Shown here piece by piece: positions 14,159 through 24,903 of a DNA stretch of 64,000 bases. Position numbers and translations under genes: made by a program. The number at the start of each line of letters is the position of its first letter. The first letter of the stretch is position 1. The stretch is from Magallana gigas (lineage: Eukaryota): contig NC_088857.1 of assembly GCF_963853765.1 (NCBI RefSeq), positions 55,862,001-55,926,000 on the forward strand, read 5' to 3'. Below the pieces are notes generated by a model. It had not been told where the DNA came from. It did not search any database and saw nothing but the letters and a program-made list of their open reading frames with translations.

Positions 14159-15011
14159 GTATTTTTTCATTAATAACAGAGTTTTTCCCCCTTATTTTTG
14201 GTGTCATGTTAAGCATCTTTCCTCATTTCAGGTTTATTAGGTTTTTTTACAAGGATATTGATAACAACAACGATGTTAAAATCGAATGTGAATACATTTC
14301 ATATACCTAGTAAAAAAGCAGCATGGCTCTCTTTTGGTTTTAGCAACTATCGGGGGCATCAATGTGGGCTATATTTGACAGTTCTTGGAACAGGAATAGA
14401 TACAGTACCAACGCGGTCGTGGCGCGTCGGCGTGACACCGACTTTCCTCTTCTCAATACCCCCATCGCGGAACCGGAAATTGTACAAATAATTTTAGAAG
14501 AGGCCATATTCCATGTTCTCTCGTGAAAATATTTTAAAAATGCTAATAAATTTGCTTCATTGGTTCGCATTGCATTTTTTTTCTCTCTTTTTTTTCTCGG
14601 TGTCTTTTTCATTAAATATATATATTCTTACACAACATTCACTCCATTTCAAATTATGAAATTAAAAAATAAAATTCAACATTTAAATATATTTATTAAA
14701 CATCAATCTTCAACAAGTCGTAGTGTCTTTCTATGTACAACAAAATGTCACATATACATGTCAATAAAGATAAAATTCGCTGTGATTCAAAACAAAAACA
14801 AATAAAATCGAACACACGATGGAAAGTTGAGTTTTTAGCAAAAACGTCTGAACACACCATGGTTTCAAGCTTTGAACAACAGACTGCTGAGATTTCTTCG
14901 TCCTCCTCTGCGGAACTCGAGACAGTTCAGAAAAAAATGTGTCAGCGCATATTGTGCACATTTCCCGGCTCGGATTGTTTTTTATGGACACCCAGAAACT
15001 TCCGGTTTTTC

Positions 15012-16711
15012 TCATACTCCAAACGGTCGCCATTCTTTAGGGATTTTGGACCAGTTGAATTTATAAACCAGACGGACACCGTCTATACGTGTCATAAACT
15101 TGTTCTTGTAGTAGTGTCTGAATTGAAAAAAAAATAATAATAATTAACAATTCTTTTTTTTTTTGCAAATTTTGAATTGTATGTTTTATGAATGGATAAC
15201 AATATTTTTTAAGTAAGTACCTTATCCCTCGACTCAGTTTTTCGAAGTTCATGTCGGCCTTTTGTTTTTTCTGACCCCACCTCCGGCTGACCTCCACAGT
15301 GTCCATGAATCGGAAGGTGCCCTCGCTCTTGTTAACCCACTTAATAGACACCGGGTTAGGGGCGCTGAGCTCGGCCAATAAAAACTTCCACAGTAGAATA
15401 TTTTTAGCCCCTGTTTAAAAAAAATCATAGATAAATAATAGTTTTAATTAAACATCGTGGTATTAATTAGCCCCAACCTGATTTCATTTTTAATCATGTT
15501 TTTGACACTGACCTCGCTTTCGTTTGCCAGTCTCGTGAATTTGCGAGTCTGTGGAACTGATAATTTCACGGGTATCACGTTTGAAAATGTCTATACTGGG
15601 CAGTTTCTTTTCGATGGAGTCGTTGGAGTCCTCCTCGGGGTCTGTGTTCCTTGGCAAATCGTAATGGGGAACGGGGCCACTGTTGGTGTAGCAGGAGCAT
15701 CCATGATATTGCCCGTACGCACAGTTCTGACAGAAGACTTGGCCGCCCTGGGTGATTGGGTAGTCGAACATCACTACAAGGAGACAATATACATTTAGTT
15801 GTGCATCAAAACACTAGCACGTCTCGGCCAACTCGCTCCTCATTTAACAGAGACCAGATGGTTGACTGCGACTTGCCGAGTGTAATTTTGGGAAAGATGG
15901 AAGACGCATCTTCCTCCTTTGGTCCTTACCTGATGCATCGTCTTCCAGTTCGCTGCCATCGGAACCATTTTCTGGGTGGTATGCTGGGTCATCTGAGAAT
16001 AAAAGAATACCAATGAAAATCAAGGTGATGGCATTGTCAAGAAAGGATTTCAATGGTTGTTTCCGACATTCCCCGGTAATTCAATATGTATGACAAGAGA
16101 TGAGACTGAGACTCGGGACTCACCATACGGCGTGTTGTTAACGGTGGTGTATTCTTTGTGGTGGAAGGGGGGTTGGTACTCGTGGTCATACTGCGGAGTC
16201 TGCGCCTCGCCTGAAACACACAGAATGACGACATATAACGACACAATGAGATGACGACATTTAACGACACAATGAGATGACGACATATAATGACACAATG
16301 AGATGTTCAGTTCAATTTATTCTCTCTAACTATTATCATACAATGGTACATGAGGTACAATAACATATTTGCATTAAATTGTGATGTCAAGGGTGACATC
16401 AAGTATGACGACATATAACGACACACTGAGATGACGCGGTGTGGTTTGAACTTATTCAATTAAAGTGATGTCAAATAGAACAGGTGCGCTGAAACTAAGC
16501 AGGCATCAGAGAGCGCGAAGGTAAGCAATAGCTTTTCCGGGATAACTTCGCTGAACAGTGAGTTTATTTCCAGTATTTAGATAGAAAGACAGACGTTGCA
16601 CTTACCACAATATGACAGATATAGTTGGGGAACTTCCATTGGGTCTTGAAGAAACTGTAAGATCTGGGCTATTTGTGGGGTGTTTTCGGACTGTTCTGTA
16701 GGACTAGTCAT
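15012..16711 (-). CDS. ETS-domain transcription factor, paralogue B (270 aa, divergent, no Pointed domain)
   Basis: Six coding exons, all GT-AG and phase-compatible: 16711-16606, 16210-16124, 15992-15930, 15773-15513, 15410-15221 and 15117-15012, totalling 813 nt from ATG to TGA. C-terminal ETS domain: GAKNILLWKFLLAEL...IKWVNKSEGTFRFMD...SRRWGQKK...MNFEKLSRGIR|HYYKNKFMTRIDGVRLVYKFNW. Confidence 0.92.
16225..16305. repeat. 26-bp intronic minisatellite, 3 copies (plus a detached copy at about 16405-16437)
   Basis: Unit atgacgacatataacgacacaatgag. Confidence 0.85.
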
Positions 16712-16835
16712 CTTGAAAAAGCAATGCAAAATTGTGGAATTAATTGTTGCACATTTTATCAAAATGTTTCAGACAAATGAAACTGTATTTATTAATTATT
16801 CATAACAAATGAAAGAATATACACAAAATGTTTAC

Positions 16836-16873
16836 CTTTTATTCTGCTTACAAGTTTCCTGGTGCGTTTTCTT
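16836..16873 (-). other. Probable 38-nt 5' UTR exon of ETS paralogue B
   Basis: Polypyrimidine tttttcag acceptor and AG|GTAAAC donor; contains a TAA in frame with the downstream ATG, and that ATG directly follows an AG acceptor at 16712. Confidence 0.55.
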
Positions 16874-17616
16874 CTGAAAAAGTAAAATACAGTTTAAAAA
16901 AAGATAGAGAACGTTTGATTATTCGAAATAATATCCTATGGAAAATATTATTTATGTGAAGTGTTAGAATACATCACATAATACCAAAATGCACAGAACA
17001 CTTCAAATAATTAATCTATCAGGATGTGAGCAATGGTCCGTTTTTCCTGTCAATGATGCTCGCATCAAGTGGGTGAGGATTTATCTCTCTCCACTCCGTA
17101 GGGGTAAGCACACAAGTGTTTTAAAAGAGATAAAAATCCACGACCCAATGAGCGAAAAGACAAAACCCTACACCCTAGGATAACGTGTCATCAAAAGAAG
17201 ATGCGTTTTTAAAATATACAAAATGATGAGGCCTTTTTAAAACAAGCGTTTTGTCTTTCTAATTTTTTACTTTATCTTGATGGTCGCTGAAGGCTAAGAC
17301 TGCGAAATGGAGTAAAGAGAATGGAGAGATAAAACTGAAGACAAAAGTGCAGACACGACCGAGCGTTGTCACGGATTTAAAAAAAAGAAAAGAAACAAAC
17401 TCTTTGCTTACTTACTTTTATGTCACTTCACTAAATTTTGCACCAGGATTCGAAATGCCTCAGTATTTTTTTTTTATTTGCACAAAACTGCACTTTATCT
17501 TTTTAAAGCGTGTCTCATCTATCACTTGTCAATTTATAAAGAAAAACATTTAACCGCTAAGCTATTATCAGAATTCAACATATAAAAAAAATAGATTCGG
17601 TTAGCTGCACACTCAC

Positions 17617-17768
17617 CTAGCCGCGCGTTGCCTCGAGAAAGCCAAACTGTCATTCGTTGGTTGTTCCCGACTGCAGCGTTACAAGACTCGATTCAGATTG
17701 AGCTATGAGTAGGGTCTCCGTGCGTATTTATATAACTCTTCAATTGGGTTTCCCCTTAGTCACGTGAC
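17617..17768 (-). promoter_or_regulatory. Probable promoter and first non-coding exon of ETS paralogue B
   Basis: Minus-strand TATATAAATA (17725-17734), GGGGAAACCC kappaB-like site (17746-17755) and palindromic GTCACGTGAC E-box (17759-17768), then an about 85-nt segment ending in a strong AG|GTGAGT donor at 17617/17616. Confidence 0.55.
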
Positions 17769-20023
17769 TCACTGATAAAACTTATTAGGGTGTTTTGAGT
17801 TTTTTTTAAGAATAAAGAATAAAAGAACTTTTAAAAAGATTAGATTGAATGGAATTGAATCGCCTTGCATTTTTATATAACACGTGGAACTTTGTGGGCA
17901 TTTAACTGTTAAATACTTCCATGTTTGCTGCATGCAAACAATTTTTACCGCTATCTGTCAAATCACTAAATCTAGGTGACGTACTTAGTATCCATAAAGC
18001 GATGAAACAAAGCAGAATAATTAAAGATTGGCGTAATTGCCAAACGTTAATACACATACGACATATTTATACCCGCAATTCTACAAGATAAATTTCTTAA
18101 ATTCCCCTCCAAGTTTCTTGCCTGATGCATGTATCAAGGGTTTGGATGTTGACTTGGTGTTATATAGTTAAGTAGAGGTAACGGTGGCTTAGAGTTGACA
18201 CTTCGTCAAAACGTATATCTCTGGGTAAGTAGTAACCTGCGGGACGGACTAATCAACGCCACGGGCCGGGGACTGTAACGACCAAATCATTTTAACGCTA
18301 ATTACATAATATGTATTTTAGTTCAAACATTCCCCAGGCCAAGAAAAACCCAGAAAATTGTTTCAATTCAAACCATTCATGCATTTGAATTATAAAATAA
18401 TCTTTTTTTTTCTACTTTAGTGACAAAAATAATTCGAGTATATTTACATGCGCAATATTAATCTAAATTGGCGCATATATAAATATACATGTGCATGTAA
18501 CATGTGAAGAGAGCATGATCGAACGTGCAATATCATATTGAGTACTTCAGATATAATCTTAAGTTATTTGTCAATATGTCGTTTTTAGAGTCCTCATAAA
18601 CATACATGTATGTGTATATATTTCTATATATTGTATACTGTCAAGACGGCAGGGATTCTAGCATGTGTACATATTTCTTCTGAATTGAAACATGTAAATT
18701 CCCCTTGAATTATGTTTGAACCGCTTGTAATAGGATTAATAATGAAAAGGATAAAAATATCTACGAATGCACGTGTGAACACTACTGAACGCTTATAAGC
18801 AAAATTATGTAATAAACGAATTGTGGCAAAATGACTTAAAATAATAATGCCATACTTAGAATACACCATGCATTGTATAATTTTAATAAGAGTCAAGAAG
18901 GCGTAGATATGTACAGAATTTTGAAGGAAAGTTTTAATAACATATAAAAGATTTCATTTATAACCCCTGAATAATACATATAACGATGAATTGCAATCAA
19001 TAAACGTAAAAACATATTCAAAATGTGTTTAAAAATGTACATGCATCGTATATATGGTTTGAAAATATGCTACAAGTATATATACACATATTTGTAAACA
19101 GTATCATTAGTGTTGAAATTCATCGTATCATCTATTGTTGTGTTTAGTTATATGTATCTGTAGATTTTTTTTTTGTACATTTAAAACGATCACATGTAAC
19201 CATTCAAAATGAAGATTTAATTTGCCATTCTGTCGATGAAATCAAAATATTTGGTTTAATATAACAACACGGTTTGTTAAAAATAAGTTAATTAAACGCA
19301 CAAACAAATTATTTTCAAGCCGGTTTTCCTATTCATTTTTTAGACGAAGTATCCTTGTAAAGGAACTCGTATAATGAGCGCGCTGTGGACACTCTAATAG
19401 ATTCATTAATGATGTCGTGTGGATAAATTTGTATCAATCATTATCATTATTAATCTTTTTGTCATCTGATAAAGTTTAAACCAAAATGACAGAATATAAT
19501 TTTGAGATAAATGTGTGTGCTGTAGAAGAAAGATGTATGAATCCCTTTTAACACAAGATATCAGAGACTTTTAAGTCGTGAAGAAGTCAAATCTTCAAGT
19601 TATGAATTATGTAAATCGTGTACATACATGTACATATGTACATATTAGTGTGTATATAAGTATTTATATATGCATATAGATAATAAGATGTATATATGTC
19701 AATGTTTTCCTGTTCTCCTTTCATGCAACTCTTTTCCTTTCCTGTATTTATATATCTTGTGTTTACAGAAATGTACCGTATTGTTGTTTTTGAGGGTCCC
19801 TAATTAGTTGAACAAATAATTGAATTAAAAATGAACAACATTTGCAAGTCATAAACAAAATTATTTTGCAAAAATCGAAAACAGGACTCAAATCATTTGC
19901 AATTATATAAACATCTGTAAAATTCACAAGATGTGACCAATGCATTGAATAGGTTATAAACAAATGCAATCAAAATCCACCAGTTAAATCACTATATACA
20001 ATGTATTGACTATTTATGAAGAA

Positions 20024-20345
20024 ATAAGGAATTTTCGTTGAGTATAGGAGGTAATCAAATACGGTCGGGGGTGGTCAAATCCAATAAAGCCCGATGGGCT
20101 TTACGACAGATTTGATCACGCTTGACCATATTTGATCAGCTCAAAATATTCAAATAATGATTCCTTATTACTTATATTTATATAATTTTTATGCAACATT
20201 TTTACGATTTAATATCTAAATAGTCATTAATGAAATGTATTGGACCATTGATGAAATGTATCGGACCATACAAGATTACAAAATTCATTGGTAGCGATAC
20301 CATAGACAAAGACACTGGAAAATGTAAATATTGAAACATCAAATC
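20024..20345. mobile_element. Hairpin-centred interspersed repeat (TAAGGAAT...ATTCCTTA type), copy 1
   Basis: taaggaat...aataaagcccgatgggctttacg...attcctta; a diverged reverse-complement copy lies at 23281-23560. Confidence 0.6.
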
Positions 20346-20548
20346 TACACGTTTTAATCCCCTGATATCATTAACAAGTTGTCACTTCAGACGGCAATCG
20401 CTCATTGGTTAGATTATTGCAAAATCAAAAATTCATATAAGCTACTTATATATTTGATTTAAACAGTTGTTTTAGGATTTAAGTTGTTTTAGGATTTAAG
20501 AGTTGTTATCGGTGTCATGAACAAATTTACGACATTGTTTGAAAGCCA

Positions 20549-20688
20549 TAGAACCATTTTAACAAGAGCTTGGACTTTGGGTACTTGTGTCAAACAGCAA
20601 TGTGACGTAGGCCTGTCTATTTCATTGCTGGCCACTCAGCCATGGCTCTTGGAAATCAACAGTCCAAGGTCTTGTTAAAATGGTTCTA
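20549..20688. mobile_element. MITE family copy 3 (140 bp, internally deleted)
   Basis: tagaaccattttaacaagagcttggact ... agtccaaggtcttgttaaaatggttcta; the interior matches the copies at 10146 and 10402. Confidence 0.75.
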
Positions 20689-22563
20689 AAAGACTACCTA
20701 AGTGCAATACTAGTAGTTGACGCTTGACCATTCATTAAATGTGTATGTTATATTATACAGGAAGATATACTAGTATGTAAAGAAAATATTTCTGTTTCTA
20801 AAAAGAGCTAAAGGGGAAATTAAATATTTCACATTTGTTGTTTATCAAGCCAATACATAGAAATAGTTTAAAGGTTTTGTTGGATTGCAGTTTGCTTATT
20901 ACGATGTATATGTAGACAGGTGAAGGCGATGTTACATAGAACGACAGAGATGGAGGGGGGGGGGGTGCTTTATTGACGCAGAATTCTTAAAATTAAAAAA
21001 AAAACAATAAGGCTTAGTATAAAAATTATCATACCGTTCGGAAATTAAACATATAGTTGCCAATTGGTCTTTTAAATTGGCGATGAACTTTTTCACATTT
21101 TGAATACTGCTTTTGTTGAAGACGGTCTTCAGTTGACAATACCTTTTGATAATCAAAACGATTGCATTCGGCAATGTAAGGAAAAATTTCCTCTTAAAAT
21201 AAAAACCCATAGTCTATAAAAAAAAGTTGGCTCCGATTTCTATCAACCCCAAGGTCTTAAAGACTTCCCTAATATTTATGACCGTGGACTGAGAATGAAA
21301 CATGAGCCATTGATTTGATTCAATCATATTTTATTGTATAAATTAAAAGAGGTTCAGAAAAAAGGCATGTATCCAAATCCTCTTGAATAGAGTTATCGAT
21401 GCTTGTAAATAATAACACTGAGATGTGGATGTAGTTGATTCACAAAATATACATGTTTATAATAAATATTGCAAAAAGGCATTGAATGTTTGTATATCGA
21501 CTGATCAGCGAGTGCTACAGTGTATGTATGTGTGGACATGTGAGTATGTGTGTATATGTATGTGTATATATGTATGTGTATGTTTGTAGATAAGTCTGGG
21601 TCTGATCGAGGCTGAGCACCAGATGGTACTAAGGAGAAGCTATGCTGTGGAGTTTCGGATATCTATGATTAGATCTGCGAGCCCTCTTCCTGCAGGAACT
21701 GATCCTAGAGGAAACACTGAGTCACACAGCTCGACAACACAAGTGTGCAAAGATCCAAATCTGAATCAAAAAGCTTGGCTGTTCCGCGTAAATAGTTCAA
21801 CAAGACCGAGTCAAGAAAACACTTATATACATGTAGACATCAGTAACTGTGTTATTGTCAAAGGTGTAATTCTCTTTCATCTTACTCCTCCCCCGGGCTA
21901 AAAGAGAAAATATTTCTGTCAAGAAACAAATGTTGAGGCAGACGTGGAATAATTACATGCTTAATTGATTTACTGAACTTTTTTTTTTTGCATTTTAATT
22001 TTTTTTTTTTTTTTTTTTTTTGCTTTTTACAAAGCACTTGTATGTCTATTTTGGCTTCTATAAATGTAATATCACGCTTTGCAAAAAAACGGTTTACATA
22101 AAACATGCGTAGCAAACATTAAACGCCACGCAATTACTCATGGTCACGGGTACCGCTAACGGGGCTTCCCCTAGCAAAGGGCCCCAGTAACCCACCCACG
22201 TACCTTCTCTCAATCCGGACCAGTAATACGGGAAACCTAGAGGCACAGACGCGTGCTTCAGATGGAAACTCCGAAATGTAAAAGATAACCTTTTTATTTT
22301 GTTTACATTGAAAGTGTAAATACGTCGACTTATGACAGAGGAGTCACATTCTCGTTCTCCAAATGTACATGTAATATATCTGTGGCTAAGATAATTCAAG
22401 CTATTTGTCTGTATACTTAATTAATTAAATAAAATGTAAACTACATGTTACCCAGAAGAATGAATTTAAGTGTAAGCTACATGTAACCCAGACAAGTTAG
22501 TGGCGAGTCATGTAGATTGTATCTGCAATGACTTAAAGTTGTTTGCGAGACGTAATAACTGTA

Positions 22564-22648
22564 AGTTGTCAGAGCGGGGACTGCTGACAAGTTGTCAGAG
22601 CGGGGACTGCTGACTAGTTGTAAGAGCGGGGACTGCTGACAAGTTGTG
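22564..22648. repeat. 26-bp minisatellite, about 3.3 copies
   Basis: Unit agttgtcagagcggggactgctgaca at 22564, 22590 and 22616. Confidence 0.9.
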
Positions 22649-23280
22649 ATAACTTGATCTTGTTCGATCATCCATTACACATTTCAAGTGATCATAATCT
22701 AAAAAAGATAAAAGTAAATGTGCCCTCTAATGAATACAGAATTATGATGATACTGTATAAAGATGGCTGCACCATCATGTTTATTTACATTCATTGGGTC
22801 CACTTCATTGTATCAATCCATCAAACTATTGAGGCACATAATAGTGATCGAAAAAAAACAACCACGAGCATGGAGACTATTCTCTTTATAAACTATTACA
22901 TATAGAAAACATTATTGAAATATAATATACATTATATTAAATCACTTATAGTTTCATGATATATCATAATCATGAAATAGGCAAGAAATTTAGAATGATA
23001 AAAAATGATGAAAATTTATATTTACAATGGCTTTTGATGCTCATTAGATTACTAGTATAAGAAATACATACACAGAACAACGTACTTCTTCTATAAATAA
23101 ATCATAGCAATAAATCTGCAAAGAAAATTACAATATTACACATTATGATAAAATATCTGTAAAAATTTAACGTTTCTAATTTAATCATAGAAAATAGAAT
23201 ATATTTATATTTTGGCTACACAGTAGAATACAAAAACTTTAGCATAAAACCCGAGACCGAAGCACAATTACATGAAACCA

Positions 23281-23560
23281 GTAACATTTACACTTTCCAA
23301 TGCCTTTGTCTGTGATAACACTAGGAATCGATTTTGTAATGCATGGTCCAATACATTTTATTAATGACTATTTTATATGTATTCGTGGCATTGCTGAAAA
23401 ATATATAACTAATAAGGAATAATTCTTTGAATATTATGAGGTGATCAGGCGCGGTCTGGCGTGATCAAATCTATCATAAAGGCATTCGGGCTTTATTGGA
23501 TTTTATCACTATGACCGTATTTGATTACCTCATAATACCAAAGAATGATTGATATTGCTT
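23281..23560. mobile_element. Hairpin-centred interspersed repeat, copy 2 (inverted relative to 20024-20345)
   Basis: Reverse-complement similarity over about 280 bp, e.g. catggtccaatacattttattaatgactattt versus aaatagtcattaatgaaatgtattggaccattg. Confidence 0.6.
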
Positions 23561-23627
23561 AAATACTTTTATAATTCTATTCATTAAAATTTATGCAAAT
23601 TTTATACAATTTTGTAAAAAAAAAAAA

Positions 23628-23977
23628 TTAGGTGGCTCACTACACCCCGTGAAATATTTTCTCAAATCAGCAGAAAATTACTTGATTATGATAGATTTCA
23701 TAATGGATAAGAAGTATTTAAGTCTAATAGGCAAAAAATGTGCAATTTTGGATGAAAATTTTCGTTTTCAAAAATTTAATTCATTTAACATGAACAAAAG
23801 CTCCAGGCTTATTCGAACTCATGATCCGCGGTTCAGAAGCCCAATACTTTAACAACTGAGCTACGAAGATATACAACACAATTGAACGATATAAACAGTT
23901 TAACAAAATATTTCAATCGCCATCTTGTGACGTAGCGTCTTAAAAAGTATAAGTCTTGGTGTAGTGAGGTACATTAA
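23628..23977. mobile_element. Non-autonomous Kolobok-like DNA transposon containing a tRNA-like segment
   Basis: Inverted ends tta-ggtggctcactacacc and ggtgtagtgaggtaca-ttaa (TTAA-type flank, which is typical of Kolobok). The superfamily call is an inference. Confidence 0.55.
23800..23864 (-). other. tRNA-derived (SINE-head-like) segment, not a functional tRNA
   Basis: Minus strand gtagctcagttgttaaagt...catgagttcgaata has A-box-like and B-box-like motifs but no acceptor stem. Confidence 0.55.
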
Positions 23978-24562
23978 AAAAAGTAGACTGTGTTAATCAT
24001 CCGACAAATGTAATTCAGTTTTTATCACTATGCAACCCAACCTGCAGTCGTAGATACACATACACTACCTAGATACAACCGGCTACTAGCTTCCAGATTT
24101 AGAATCTATTGATTTAAGGTCAGAGGGCGAGGTCAACTTTGCAAATCAAAAGTAGAACAGCTGTAATCTGACACACTAATGATTGCGTCATGTGCCGAAA
24201 TAAAAATGACTGTCCATTATTTTTTCTGTGAATCTTAAAGATTTATATTTCTTTCTTTCTTCTGTTTTCTTTTTTCTCATGAGCTTCTTGGGATATGCTA
24301 CATGTAGCATTGCAGAAAAAATGCCTGCTTACCCTGCGTTGGAATTTTATTGTTTATATTTTCATCTAACTCATCTTTTTAATCAATAATTATCCTTCAA
24401 AAGTTCCTGAATAATCATCATTAATGTATATATGGAAATATTCGAGTCCGTTTTATTATTCCTTTCGCCCTTGTTGTCTGCTTTTTGCAGCAATTTAAGA
24501 CGGCGCGAATTCCAATGTCTCAAATTTCTCTCTTTAAACACAACTGTGTCTGGGCGAATTCA

Positions 24563-24903
24563 CAGGCACGTAGCATCAGGGGGGCCAGGGGACCTCCCCC
24601 CCCCCCCCCCCCCCCCCCACTTTTTCTCGCAGCAACTAATTTTTTTTAATTTACAAATAAAAAACTGAATTATCATGGACTCCCCCCCCCCCCTTCCACT
24701 TTTTTGGGAGTAAGAAAAAAATGGTATGAAAATAAGAAAATTAGGAGTGAAATTGAAGTTTAGGATTTTAAAGATTTTGTAAAATTAAAAAATTCAAAAT
24801 CCCCCCTCCCTTATTTTTTTTTTTTTTTTTTTTTTTTTTTGCTTGTAAAGATTTTTTGGATGAGTCTGGCCTTCCCACTTTCAAAAACGATGCTACGTGC
24901 CTG
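24563..24903. mobile_element. 341-bp MITE with perfect 15-bp TIRs and a 6-bp TSD
   Basis: caggcacgtagcatc ... gatgctacgtgcctg, flanked on both sides by aattca (24557-24562 and 24904-24909); the interior has poly-C and poly-T runs. Confidence 0.85.

Noticed and set aside
14340-14612. 90-aa ORF over a GC-rich island containing ACCGGAAAT
   Set aside because: No recognisable domain or splice context; it could be ETS-B 3' UTR or regulatory DNA, but nothing supports a call.
23800-23864. Functional tRNA gene
   Set aside because: It has A/B boxes only, the acceptor stem cannot pair, and it lies within a repeat; the same applies to 61440-61500.
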